From a virus, in IMG/VR virus record IMGVR_UViG_3300005512_000195, positions 1-32,181 of that record: DNA of 32,181 bases; one strand, given 5' to 3'. Positions within the stretch are counted from its first letter, which is position 1; the number at the start of each line of letters is the position of its first letter. Shown here piece after piece: positions 7,366-16,646 of the stretch. Position numbers and translations under genes: made by a program. The notes beneath the pieces are model-generated. The model did not search any database. It was given only the letters and a program-made list of their open reading frames with translations, and was not told where the DNA came from.

Positions 7366-7527
7366 CTACCTCAATAGCAATCCTGCCATCATAATAATCA
7401 TAGTACCTGCTGTACCAATCATTATATGTTCAATACGTTTGATGCGAAGTATAGTTTCTTTCCATCTCTCAGCACATACTGCTTCATGTGTATCTATCTG
7501 TGCTTTTACTTCTGATGCTTTAACCAT
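7366..7527 (-). CDS. Small tail-anchored membrane protein (53 aa)
   Basis: It is below the ORF-track cutoff. The sequence is MVKASEVKAQIDTHEAVCAERWKETILRIKRIEHIMIGTAGTMIIMMAGLLLR. It has a TAATG overlap with the upstream fibre gene and stops 2 nt before the next ATG. Confidence 0.5.
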   Translation of the reverse strand: MVKASEVKAQIDTHEAVCAERWKETILRIKRIEHIMIGTAGTMIIMMAGLLLR

Positions 7528-8036
7528 TACCCTGCAATCTCCTGAACTGTAATTCTAGTTGGTACAGCAGAATTAGTGCTATCGCCACGACCTCCTATTA
7601 CAACATCATTTGAACTACCACTAGCTACTTGTATTTTGTAGGTTATTTCTGACGTTGTTGATGGACTGTCTAAAAAAGAATTTGAAAAAGCATACATATT
7701 ATAAACGTTTGTTGGTAGTGCTAATGCAAAATCATTTTTTGAAGTTGCTCCAGTTCCACTACCTATTTCTGTACTTTCTCTAAAAAGTTTTACACGACAT
7801 GATTCTCCGCCCAAACTTTCATTTGATAAAGTACCTTGAACTGTAATTAAAATATTAGAAGAAGTAGATGTAGGTGTTATACTTACTGAAACTCCACAAT
7901 CAACAAAAGTTGACCCTGACGTTGATATAAATCTATCAGTTCTTCCACCTTGAACAGTTTGTATTACACTACCAGTAGGAAATATAGAAGATGGTATAGT
8001 AGGCTGACCTGAGAAGTTTAATTTTGTTAATGCCAT
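7527..8036 (-). CDS. Tail-fibre tip / receptor-binding-like protein (169 aa)
   Basis: It is homologous by eye to the C-terminal ~130 aa of the 295-aa protein: ITPTSTSS, FLDSPSTTSEITYKI, and an ending of QEIAG versus TEIGG. Confidence 0.6.
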   Translation of the reverse strand: MALTKLNFSGQPTIPSSIFPTGSVIQTVQGGRTDRFISTSGSTFVDCGVSVSITPTSTSSNILITVQGTLSNESLGGESCRVKLFRESTEIGSGTGATSKNDFALALPTNVYNMYAFSNSFLDSPSTTSEITYKIQVASGSSNDVVIGGRGDSTNSAVPTRITVQEIAG

Positions 8037-8037
8037 G

Positions 8038-8925
8038 CTATCCTCCTATCTCTGTTGCTGAAATAAAACTTATACCTCTTTCTAATTGTGTAGAATCTGA
8101 ATCATTATTTGTTCTGTTAATATTAAGAGTGCATGAAAAATGATTTATAACACCTACTTTGTAAGTAATTTGGCTAGTTGATGAGGGTGAATCAAAATAA
8201 CTATAGTAAACTGTTTCAGGAGTGCTAGTAGCATCAGTACCATAATAACTAAGTGCTGATGATGATATGCCAGTTAGCCTATTTCCTGATGCAGCATGAG
8301 CTAATTTTGTTGCATCTCTGTAAAAAAACCAAGCACTCTCATTAGGAGCATCATAGTTTGACCATTCATGAAAGATATGGGCATCTAATCTAATTATAGA
8401 TGATGTACTTTTAGGTGTAATATTAACTGTCAAAACATTTATAGTTGTGTTTGTATTGGCAGAAACACTTACTTGAGTTGTGTCAACATATTGTGTGAAA
8501 GGCATTTGCAACACAGCACCAGTACCAAGTTTACTTCCTGCTATTCCTGCACTTGCATTTATATCTGCATTAACAATAGTACCATCTGCAATCTTAGCAC
8601 TTGTTACTGCACCACTAGCAATCTTGTTAGCTGTCACACTACCATCAGTAGGTGTGGATATAGTACCTACATTGCCAAACACTCTTACAAAGTCTATGAC
8701 ATCAGATGCAGATAGTGTAGCACCTACAGTTAGAGTAGAACCACTAAGGCTAAGTGTGTTGCTACCTTGTATAACTCCGTTGATGGATACTAAAAGATTA
8801 TTAACACTCTCAGGATAGTAGTTTGCTCCGTTTAGTTGTAGTGTATAGTCTGCTGTTGCACTGGCTGTAAGGCTGTCTAGCTCCAAGAAAGCACCAGTTG
8901 TAGGTTGTTGTCCTATGAATGGCAT
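8038..8925 (-). CDS. Tail fibre protein (295 aa)
   Basis: The N-terminal domain is shared with the 289-aa protein (M.FIG..P...YTL...NGV.Q...DGSVT..KI). The composition is S/T/G/N/A-rich, and the C-terminal tip domain is shared with the 169-aa protein. Confidence 0.7.
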   Translation of the reverse strand: MPFIGQQPTTGAFLELDSLTASATADYTLQLNGANYYPESVNNLLVSINGVIQGSNTLSLSGSTLTVGATLSASDVIDFVRVFGNVGTISTPTDGSVTANKIASGAVTSAKIADGTIVNADINASAGIAGSKLGTGAVLQMPFTQYVDTTQVSVSANTNTTINVLTVNITPKSTSSIIRLDAHIFHEWSNYDAPNESAWFFYRDATKLAHAASGNRLTGISSSALSYYGTDATSTPETVYYSYFDSPSSTSQITYKVGVINHFSCTLNINRTNNDSDSTQLERGISFISATEIGG

Positions 8926-8928
8926 GGT

Positions 8929-9222
8929 CTACTCCTTTGGTTTCGTTGGAAATGTGATGTTACTAAGTTCATCATCATTAGGTGTTTGTGTTGTTATATC
9001 TCTTAGAGCTTGTCTGTATGTCGCCCAAGCATCACTCATTGTAACATCTGAATTAGCCATCCAATCTGTTTCAGCTAACAATATATCTCTTAGTCTTCTT
9101 AGTTCTGCCATACGTCTGTTAGGTGCATCATTAGTCCATGCTAATTCTTCAGCATCTCTTACAGCTTCTTCTTCTGCTGTAAATGCAACCCTTTCACCAT
9201 TTTTCATTCTATATCTAGTCAT
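8929..9222 (-). CDS. Tail-fibre assembly chaperone-like protein (97 aa)
   Basis: RRLRDILLAETDWMANSDVTMSDAWATYRQALRDIT matches the R..LL..sDW....D....W..YRQ.LRDi signature of phage tail assembly chaperones. It is embedded between fibre genes. Confidence 0.55.
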   Translation of the reverse strand: MTRYRMKNGERVAFTAEEEAVRDAEELAWTNDAPNRRMAELRRLRDILLAETDWMANSDVTMSDAWATYRQALRDITTQTPNDDELSNITFPTKPKE

Positions 9223-10091
9223 TATCTTATCCCATATAATTTAAAAATGCCGCTTGCAATATTGCCTGAACTAGGGTCTATTTCAAAACCACTTAATGCA
9301 GATTGTCCACTATTGTAATAAGCTGACATAAGTCCTATCTCACAGTTTGCATTACTATCAACATTAGTTGAAAACGCAGTAAAATGTTTAAAATTATCTG
9401 TTGCTAACGGGTCGTAAAAAGTAACTTCAAAATTACTTTGTTCTCCAGTTGCAGAACCTACCACACCACCAACTTTTGCAAATTCTGTATCACTAGCTTC
9501 ATTTTGGCAAGAGATTGTACTTCCACCACTTACTGCACGGAGTCTTACTGACCTGTGAACACTACCAGTTAAAACAGAACCACCACTCATAAATTTAAGA
9601 TTCATATTTACACTATCTGTATCTGTATGAACATTACTTGCAATTAGTTTATAGTTCTTAAATGCTGAAGTAAAATAACCATCTATTTGCACTTCACCAA
9701 CATTACTTGAAACTGTTGTAGTATGTAATAATTGCATATCTGTGCCACTAATAGCACCAGTAACATCCAATGTTCCATCTATAGCTATATTCGTATCTAG
9801 CTTTGCACTTGTTACACTTCCATCAGGTGGAACAGTAGTTTGCAAAGCCTTACCTAAGTAAATAACATAGAAGTCATCTGTACTAGCTACGTTGCCAGTC
9901 ATACTCAAAGCAGTACCACTAACTGTATATGCTTCTGTTGGCTCTTGTCTTACGTTGTTTACAAAGACTTCAATCTCATTAGCATTAGCTACTGCATAAG
10001 TAAGAGTGTAGCTTGCACCTCCATCACCAGTAATGTCTTGCTTGGCAAAGCTAGTAAAGTTTACTGATGGTTCGTTACCTACATATCCCAT
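9222..10091 (-). CDS. Tail fibre protein (289 aa) with a distinct C-terminal tip
   Basis: The N-terminus MGYVGNEPS...YTLTY...VNNVRQ...DGSVTSAKL is paralogous to the 295-aa protein. The C-terminus differs (FEVTFYDP...GIFKLYGIR). Confidence 0.7.
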   Translation of the reverse strand: MGYVGNEPSVNFTSFAKQDITGDGGASYTLTYAVANANEIEVFVNNVRQEPTEAYTVSGTALSMTGNVASTDDFYVIYLGKALQTTVPPDGSVTSAKLDTNIAIDGTLDVTGAISGTDMQLLHTTTVSSNVGEVQIDGYFTSAFKNYKLIASNVHTDTDSVNMNLKFMSGGSVLTGSVHRSVRLRAVSGGSTISCQNEASDTEFAKVGGVVGSATGEQSNFEVTFYDPLATDNFKHFTAFSTNVDSNANCEIGLMSAYYNSGQSALSGFEIDPSSGNIASGIFKLYGIR

Positions 10092-10098
10092 GTTTCAC

Positions 10099-10434
10099 CT
10101 ATGTGCTTATTGCATCTACTGCTGACACAACGACATCAAGTGATGTTGCTGTATCTGATTTGAAATATAATCTGTCACCACTAACAACCACAATCTTTGA
10201 CCCACCATCTATTAGCTCTAATGAACTATGTGCAGGGATTGTTACACCTTTAATAAGATAATAATCTAATGATGTGTTCTGTATGTAAGCATCTACTGAA
10301 ATTGCATTGGTTGTAATGTTTGTCATTCTGATTGAGATTAAACAGTCATAACTATCAAAGTTACTGCCATCAGGTATATCAGTAGCGGCAGTACCTATCT
10401 CTCTCATTTTATATTGTCTGAAATTTTGTGCCAT
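10099..10434 (-). CDS. Hypothetical structural-module protein (111 aa)
   Basis: It is a tightly spaced ORF between fibre genes with a beta-rich sequence. I recognise no family. Confidence 0.6.
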   Translation of the reverse strand: MAQNFRQYKMREIGTAATDIPDGSNFDSYDCLISIRMTNITTNAISVDAYIQNTSLDYYLIKGVTIPAHSSLELIDGGSKIVVVSGDRLYFKSDTATSLDVVVSAVDAIST

Positions 10435-10443
10435 TTTTTACTC

Positions 10444-11733
10444 CTATAAAGCTATGCTTACAGCTATAGCAAATCCATTTGTTGCAAAAGAACTAGTGTC
10501 TGTAGCAACATCATTCCAAGATGTGCCATTATAAACTCTTGTGACGTTACTCGTTGTATTAAAGTACAAGTCACCTGCATCTACAGTTCCTAAATTTGTA
10601 CCTGTTTGATATGTCTCAGCAGCAGCATCACTTGAAAAACCACCATAATAAACATCTCTTTGGCTTTTGGCTGAGTTCGCTGCTTGGTTTGCCCAGTATT
10701 TTGCAGAATACTCAGAGCCACTTACAGCAGTATCTCTATCAAATCCTGCACCACCACCTAATGCCCATTGTTTTGCAGACCCATTAGTCTGTCCACTTTG
10801 TGTACCAATGGCATATTCTTTAGCTGAATATTCCGTACCATCTACAGTATTAGTTGTATCTGTTGCCCATTCTTTTGATGCACCACTACCTGCTGTATCA
10901 GTTACACCAGTGCCACCTAATGCCCATGCCTTAGATGAATAGTTGCTAGATTCTACAGCACCATCTATTTTGGTAGCATAGTTTTCTGCTAATGTTGCAT
11001 TTGTACTAGCATTTTGTATTGCACTAAGATTGTCAGTTACGTTTTGTAGATTAGTTGTTTCACCTGCTACTATAGTTACTTGTCCTGATATTCCTGCTAC
11101 TGTAGTCACGTCACTATATATACCTGCCACAGTTTGAATTGCATCAGTAGCATCAGTGCCATCTTCAATGTCAGCTAGTGTTGAGATATCTGCTGTTATT
11201 GCAGATAATGAACTAACATCTGCTATTGTAGGCCCTGCTTCTGCAGCACCAGTAGTAGCATTAAATCCTAAAACAGTACCAAGTCTGTCTGCTTTTAAAG
11301 GTAATGTTAAACTAACTGCTTCATCAGAGTCCTGTAATCTTAAAGCTCTTGAGTTTTCATCATCAGCATCTGTTATCATAGTAAGCAGGGTATCTAGCTC
11401 TGTATTTAACTTAGCTATCTCAAAAGCACCTGCACTTGGAAAGTCAGTAGTTCGTGCTAGTGGAACATCTCTAGTTATAATAACAGTACTGCCACCTGAA
11501 GCACCTGTAACAGTTGTGGTTATTGTGCCAGTTGCACCATTGCCACCTATTACTGTAAATAAAGTTGTGTTAGATGTAGATGGACTGTATGTTCTTGCCA
11601 CATTATCTACGAACACATTTAAATCCGCAGATCCATCAAAGAAAATAAATGGCACTGCAAACGAAGTTTGGGTAACTCCCTCACTTACCGAGTAACTTAT
11701 TCGTGGTGTATTGTCACTTAATGCTATAGTCAT
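10444..11733 (-). CDS. Tail fibre protein (429 aa)
   Basis: The position (after the internal virion proteins) parallels T7 gp17. RTTDFPSAGAFEIAKLNTELDTL is an N-terminal fibre motif. There are internal repeats and a C-terminal GDLYFNTTSNVTRVYNGTSWNDV motif common in phage fibres. Confidence 0.75.
   Translation of the reverse strand: MTIALSDNTPRISYSVSEGVTQTSFAVPFIFFDGSADLNVFVDNVARTYSPSTSNTTLFTVIGGNGATGTITTTVTGASGGSTVIITRDVPLARTTDFPSAGAFEIAKLNTELDTLLTMITDADDENSRALRLQDSDEAVSLTLPLKADRLGTVLGFNATTGAAEAGPTIADVSSLSAITADISTLADIEDGTDATDAIQTVAGIYSDVTTVAGISGQVTIVAGETTNLQNVTDNLSAIQNASTNATLAENYATKIDGAVESSNYSSKAWALGGTGVTDTAGSGASKEWATDTTNTVDGTEYSAKEYAIGTQSGQTNGSAKQWALGGGAGFDRDTAVSGSEYSAKYWANQAANSAKSQRDVYYGGFSSDAAAETYQTGTNLGTVDAGDLYFNTTSNVTRVYNGTSWNDVATDTSSFATNGFAIAVSIAL
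10654..10944 (-). repeat. Intragenic protein repeats, five copies of S(A)K-x-(W/Y)A, in the 429-aa fibre
   Basis: The copies are SSKAWALGG, ASKEWATDT, SAKEYAIGT, SAKQWALGG and SAKYWANQA. Upstream there are three (T/I)VAG(I/E)xxxxT decapeptides. Confidence 0.6.
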
Positions 11734-14700
11734 TAGAATCTAGTCCTCATTACTTTTTCAAAACCTTCTTCATCTACATCTTCTAAAACTTTCCCCATCT
11801 CATTCACATATTCTTTAATAAACCATAATCTCATATATGGCAAGTTTTTAAGAATTTGCTTTGAGCCTGATCCATACTCTCCATCATAAAACACCTGCTT
11901 CAATCCACTAAATAAATCTACACCTATACTAGGGCCTGCTCCACCAACTGCTGTAAATGCATCTACAATATTTTTTTCTTGTGGAAATTTAGGTTGCAAT
12001 AAACCCATTGAAATATCAGGGCCACCCAATGCCATACTTGTATTCATGCCAGTATAAAATAAATCACTATACATTGCAGCCAATCCTGAAGCATCAAACG
12101 ATCTTGCAAGTTTATCCTCTATTGGCATATTATCCCACATAGCTTGAACAGCAGGGCCACCAAATTGTGATTTAATTTCTAATGATGTATAGCCTAAACC
12201 TAATGCTAACACAGCGGCAGCAGTTCTATTCTTTGCTTGTCCAGTTGCCATTGCTGCAGTAATCTTATTTGCAGCAGCAAAGCTGTATGACCAAAATTGA
12301 AATGGCAATCCTGCTAAACCAGTTTCAACTCTAGTATATCCTTTATATCTAGCATCTTCTTTTAAACCAAATCTTTTGCCAATCCATTGTGGTATATATA
12401 CAATGCCATCAGCTATGATTGGCTTGTCTGCAGGTGTTCCCATAAGAATAGTGTTCATAATACCACTATTTAAAGAGCCTCTAAATGTATCCAATGTTTC
12501 TTCAGCTATGCCACTTTCAAGCCACTTTTCTGTATTAGCTAAGTAAACTCCTTTTCCATCATCTTTAGTGTTTTGTATTACACCATTATCAAAGAGCTTT
12601 TTAATATCTGATGATATTTTTTTATCAATATTATATCTTCTTAAATATTCTATTTCTTTTTTTGTAGCTAAACCTTGTGCATCTTTTATTGAAAACTCTA
12701 TCATTTCATGTTGTCTAATAGTAGCATCTAGTTTTTTCATCATGTTTGTCATAGGTGCTAAACCATTTAACAAATAAAAAACATTTCTAACTTTACTCAT
12801 GTTTCTTTGATATGCATTTTTATCAATAGGGCTATTTGTTAAATCCTCAACAAGCCTCATATGAGTATCACCTTGTAGTATTTCTAATATTTCACCTGCT
12901 AGTCTACCTTCTTTTGCTGTAAGCCTTACCCTTGAATCTTGTAAAATACCTACTAAACCTTTCATTACATTGCCTAGTTCATGTTCCATAACTATTTTAG
13001 CAAAGTCAGGTATTGTACTAAATCCTGCTGATCCTAAGTAATTTAATTGTGCTAAATCTCTTAAAACTATCGCAGCCCTTTGATCCCAACGATCTGGATT
13101 TGTTAATACTCTTCCTACAATACGATCATACAAATGTAAAAAATCTCTTCTTGTTTCATTAACTTGTCTTTCTGATTTACCTGCTGCATATAAATCCGTT
13201 TCTATATCTGCTACAACTTGATCTATAGATCGACCACCATATTGTTTTGAAAACTCATACTTTGGTGCTACACGTTGAGTATAAACTCTCATTACCTGTA
13301 CTGGATTACTTATAATAAAATCAGTTACTAGTTTGTTAGGTATATCTAGTGTTCTATGTCTAGTATGTTTTGATTTTCCATAACCATAAAATGCCATACT
13401 ATCATCTGTAATATCTTTTCTTTCATTTAATATATTATCTATTGTATCATTTACTCTTTTCTTTATTCTAGCAGGATCAGTAGCTAACATCATATCGTTT
13501 GATGTTAATGGTGTTTCTCTTGCATATGTGCCATCTTTTTGTTTTACAAATAATATTGGATTATTTGTATACCACTCAGTTAAGACTTGTTCTAAACCTG
13601 CACGATTATTTCTTATCTTTTCTAAATCCCAATATCTAGGAAAGAAAAATTCTTCTTCATTTGGTGCAACTTTACTTGTTTTGGCTTCATTTAAATTTTT
13701 ATGAAGCATTTTTAATTCTTCATTTATTTTTTTAATTTCAGGTATTAAGGTTTTGTTTTTATAATTAGCTGCATTTTTGCTTAACGTGCCTTCCATCTTT
13801 AACTTTTGCAAAGAATCAAGATCTTTCATACTTTTTTGTGATAAAACTAAACCTTGTGTTTCAAGATTAAATGTTTCTTTTTCTTGTAAAAATCTTTCTA
13901 AAGCCAAATCATTAGTTCTATATTCGTAACCAACAATATCTTCGCCTGTTTTTTGTGCAAATTTACCATGACTAAATTCGTGATAAACAACAAAGTCATA
14001 AAAGTCATCATAACTTTCAAAGAATCTTGCATTGTCTACTTCATACTTTAAATGCATACCTGCTTCAGTTTCAGCTCTTACTTTTTTTACTATAGTACCA
14101 TCAGGTTCAAACACTGCAGCTTCTTCATTAATGTACTTTTGAAATCCTTCAGGGTTTTTTTGTGCTCTTTGAATTAGATCCCATCTTTCTCTAATACCTC
14201 TTTCATTTATAAATACACTACCTTTTGTTCCTACAGTCCTATAAAAGTGTGTTCCTAAAGGTAATTTCTTTACATCAGTAATCCCCTTATATTTTAAAAA
14301 GAAATCATCTATAGTTTTTTGATCTGTTATAAATTGTTTGATGTTATAGTCTTGTGCAAATCTCTCTTGTATTTCCTCAAGTGTAAGATCTTTTATATTT
14401 TTATATTGTTTTTGTTGCCTTATACCTCTTAATACAGACTCTGCATCTTTTAGCAAAATATCTGCATTTGCATTTTGTAGGTCATCTCCACGACCACCAA
14501 CAACTTTCCTTAATTTTTTAATATAATTAAGAAGTCTTAGGTTTGCTCTTGTTACTTCTTTTTCAAGACTTTTAACATTTCCAATCATACCTTGCTCTTG
14601 CAGACGTAGCTCCCAGTTAATCATAAAATCATCAACTATACCTTTAACTTGTTTATCTAAATCTGTAAGAGGTTGATCTTGCTTTAATACTTTTGAATAT

Positions 14701-16646
14701 GTGGATTCAAGCCACTCGTGATAACCTTTCTTTTGAAAGTCAACATCTAGGTAAACCTGATCTTTTCCTGTATGTTCTGCATATAATTTTCTTAGTTTAT
14801 CATGTGCTTGGACATACTCGCTATTACGAACACTCGACTTAGTATAGACGGACATACCTAATGACTTACCATACTTTGCTGCCACTTGTGTAAGACCTGC
14901 ATCATTAGCAAGTTTACTAAATGCATCTTTTACTGTAATGGGTATGTCACTTTGAAATGCTTTCTTTAGTGGTGTAACTAATGCTCTATAAACAAATGAA
15001 TCTGTATACCAATTATCAGGTAACTTAAATGGATCTTTTATAGAATACCCACCAGTTACTTCAGACATTTCTTCAGTTCTTCTAATAGCAAGCTCTTCTT
15101 CTATTTCTTGCCTTAGTATATTATTTTCTCTTAACTGATCGGCATTAGCTCTAAGTAAATTTAATTTACTGATTTTTAATTGTATATTTTCTTTTCTTTT
15201 TCTTAATTCAGCAAGACCTTTCTCTCCTAAAAATTTTTCGTTTCCAATTCTTTTTGTTTCTAATAATCTTTTATTTGCATCTATTCTTGATTGTGCTTCA
15301 TTAGCTTCTTTTACATTTTTGTCTAATGTTCTTTTTTGTTGTGGTGTTAAAAACTCATCTTTTTCTTTAGCTATTATTCTATTTAAAAAGTCCTGTTGAT
15401 TTTTATTTAACCCTACTGTTAAACCTCTTTCACCTTTACTTTGTGCAATAAGATCATCTTTTATTTTTTTTAATCCTTCTGCATACTTGTCTCTTCCACC
15501 TTTTATTTTATCTATAAAGTTAGTAATTTTTTGTATCTTTTGTTCCAAATTTTTATTAGCAATTATAAGTTCCTGTGGAAGAATCTTAGTTTGCCTTTTA
15601 ATTTCATAATCAATAGTAGTTATTTCATTCTTAAGTTTTTTTACTCCACCAAAAGGCACTGATGTAATATCAGGATCATTCTCAAGTTTATCTATTTCTT
15701 CCTCTAGTCTTCTATTTGAAGCAGGTAATTGTTGTTGCTCTCTTTGCAATATATCTTTTCTAGCCTTAACAAAAGGCCTTACTGGATCATCTAAAGTTCT
15801 TTCAAGAGGTGGTGGTGTTTCAGGTTTAGGTGGGCCAATAAATTCTTCTTGCTCTCTCAATGTTTTCTCAGTAACAGGATCGCTAAATTTATTAGGCTCT
15901 ATTTCTTCTTGCACGTTTCTAATTACATTTACATCTTCGGCTAAGTTATTGAAATCATTAGCATCTTTTTCCAACTGCCTTAATGCTTTATTCTGTCTTC
16001 GCCCTGCTATTCCACCAACAATACCACCAAGAACAGCACCTCCTACAAATGCCATACCTATGTTTGCAGCAACCTCTTGTTCAGTTCCTAGTGGATCAAA
16101 TGGATATCTTCCTGCTTCTTGCCCTGCTTGTATTACTGAAACACCTGCACCAGTTCTGACTGCAGACCTTAATGCTCCCAAAGCAAAGCCACCAAAAGGT
16201 AGTGCTATCAGATTAATAGGATCAAACAATCCTGCAATAAGTTGTGAGCCAAAACTACTGTTAGCTAATATCTCTCTTCTTTTTTCATTAGCCATAAGCT
16301 GCCTTTTTAATTGCAACATATGTTCTTCGTTAACAGCATCTTTTAGATAATCTTGGTACTGTTCAAAGTTTTGCATATCATCAAAAGGATTATAGTTTTG
16401 ATCTCTTTCTTCTTCGCCAAAGTTTGTTGCATTAGCAATAGCATCTTGCAATGGCATATATGCATAACCAAGTTGTGCAGATAATGTTTCACCAAATGTA
16501 ACATCTTTTTGTGTAGCTGTATTTGTAGAAAATAAAGGTGACTTTCTTGTAGTCATACCCTCTATAAGTTCTTGGGTAGTTTCTAATTGGCTAGTTACAT
16601 CATTTTGATAAGCTGTTGGAAATGAATTATATATATCTAATGTCAT
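11733..16646 (-). CDS. Giant internal virion / ejection protein (1637 aa; T7 gp16 position) with an embedded HExxH module
   Basis: Size and order parallel gp14-gp15-gp16. It has Gly-rich hydrophobic segments near the N- and C-termini and a long KE-rich coiled-coil. YHEFSHGKF lies at aa 888-896 (HEFSH at nt 13968-13982). Confidence 0.75.
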   Translation of the reverse strand: MTLDIYNSFPTAYQNDVTSQLETTQELIEGMTTRKSPLFSTNTATQKDVTFGETLSAQLGYAYMPLQDAIANATNFGEEERDQNYNPFDDMQNFEQYQDYLKDAVNEEHMLQLKRQLMANEKRREILANSSFGSQLIAGLFDPINLIALPFGGFALGALRSAVRTGAGVSVIQAGQEAGRYPFDPLGTEQEVAANIGMAFVGGAVLGGIVGGIAGRRQNKALRQLEKDANDFNNLAEDVNVIRNVQEEIEPNKFSDPVTEKTLREQEEFIGPPKPETPPPLERTLDDPVRPFVKARKDILQREQQQLPASNRRLEEEIDKLENDPDITSVPFGGVKKLKNEITTIDYEIKRQTKILPQELIIANKNLEQKIQKITNFIDKIKGGRDKYAEGLKKIKDDLIAQSKGERGLTVGLNKNQQDFLNRIIAKEKDEFLTPQQKRTLDKNVKEANEAQSRIDANKRLLETKRIGNEKFLGEKGLAELRKRKENIQLKISKLNLLRANADQLRENNILRQEIEEELAIRRTEEMSEVTGGYSIKDPFKLPDNWYTDSFVYRALVTPLKKAFQSDIPITVKDAFSKLANDAGLTQVAAKYGKSLGMSVYTKSSVRNSEYVQAHDKLRKLYAEHTGKDQVYLDVDFQKKGYHEWLESTYSKVLKQDQPLTDLDKQVKGIVDDFMINWELRLQEQGMIGNVKSLEKEVTRANLRLLNYIKKLRKVVGGRGDDLQNANADILLKDAESVLRGIRQQKQYKNIKDLTLEEIQERFAQDYNIKQFITDQKTIDDFFLKYKGITDVKKLPLGTHFYRTVGTKGSVFINERGIRERWDLIQRAQKNPEGFQKYINEEAAVFEPDGTIVKKVRAETEAGMHLKYEVDNARFFESYDDFYDFVVYHEFSHGKFAQKTGEDIVGYEYRTNDLALERFLQEKETFNLETQGLVLSQKSMKDLDSLQKLKMEGTLSKNAANYKNKTLIPEIKKINEELKMLHKNLNEAKTSKVAPNEEEFFFPRYWDLEKIRNNRAGLEQVLTEWYTNNPILFVKQKDGTYARETPLTSNDMMLATDPARIKKRVNDTIDNILNERKDITDDSMAFYGYGKSKHTRHRTLDIPNKLVTDFIISNPVQVMRVYTQRVAPKYEFSKQYGGRSIDQVVADIETDLYAAGKSERQVNETRRDFLHLYDRIVGRVLTNPDRWDQRAAIVLRDLAQLNYLGSAGFSTIPDFAKIVMEHELGNVMKGLVGILQDSRVRLTAKEGRLAGEILEILQGDTHMRLVEDLTNSPIDKNAYQRNMSKVRNVFYLLNGLAPMTNMMKKLDATIRQHEMIEFSIKDAQGLATKKEIEYLRRYNIDKKISSDIKKLFDNGVIQNTKDDGKGVYLANTEKWLESGIAEETLDTFRGSLNSGIMNTILMGTPADKPIIADGIVYIPQWIGKRFGLKEDARYKGYTRVETGLAGLPFQFWSYSFAAANKITAAMATGQAKNRTAAAVLALGLGYTSLEIKSQFGGPAVQAMWDNMPIEDKLARSFDASGLAAMYSDLFYTGMNTSMALGGPDISMGLLQPKFPQEKNIVDAFTAVGGAGPSIGVDLFSGLKQVFYDGEYGSGSKQILKNLPYMRLWFIKEYVNEMGKVLEDVDEEGFEKVMRTRF

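Noticed and set aside
11156-11695. A 179-aa + strand ORF antisense to the 429-aa tail fibre gene. Similar antisense ORFs occur at 8480-8818, 10667-10942, 15949-16350, 17745-18293 and 1687-2037.
   Set aside because: They lie wholly inside well-supported genes on the opposite strand. They have low-complexity, composition-driven sequences (the Ala/Ser/Thr/Gly-rich sense strand keeps the antisense frame open) and no SD signals.
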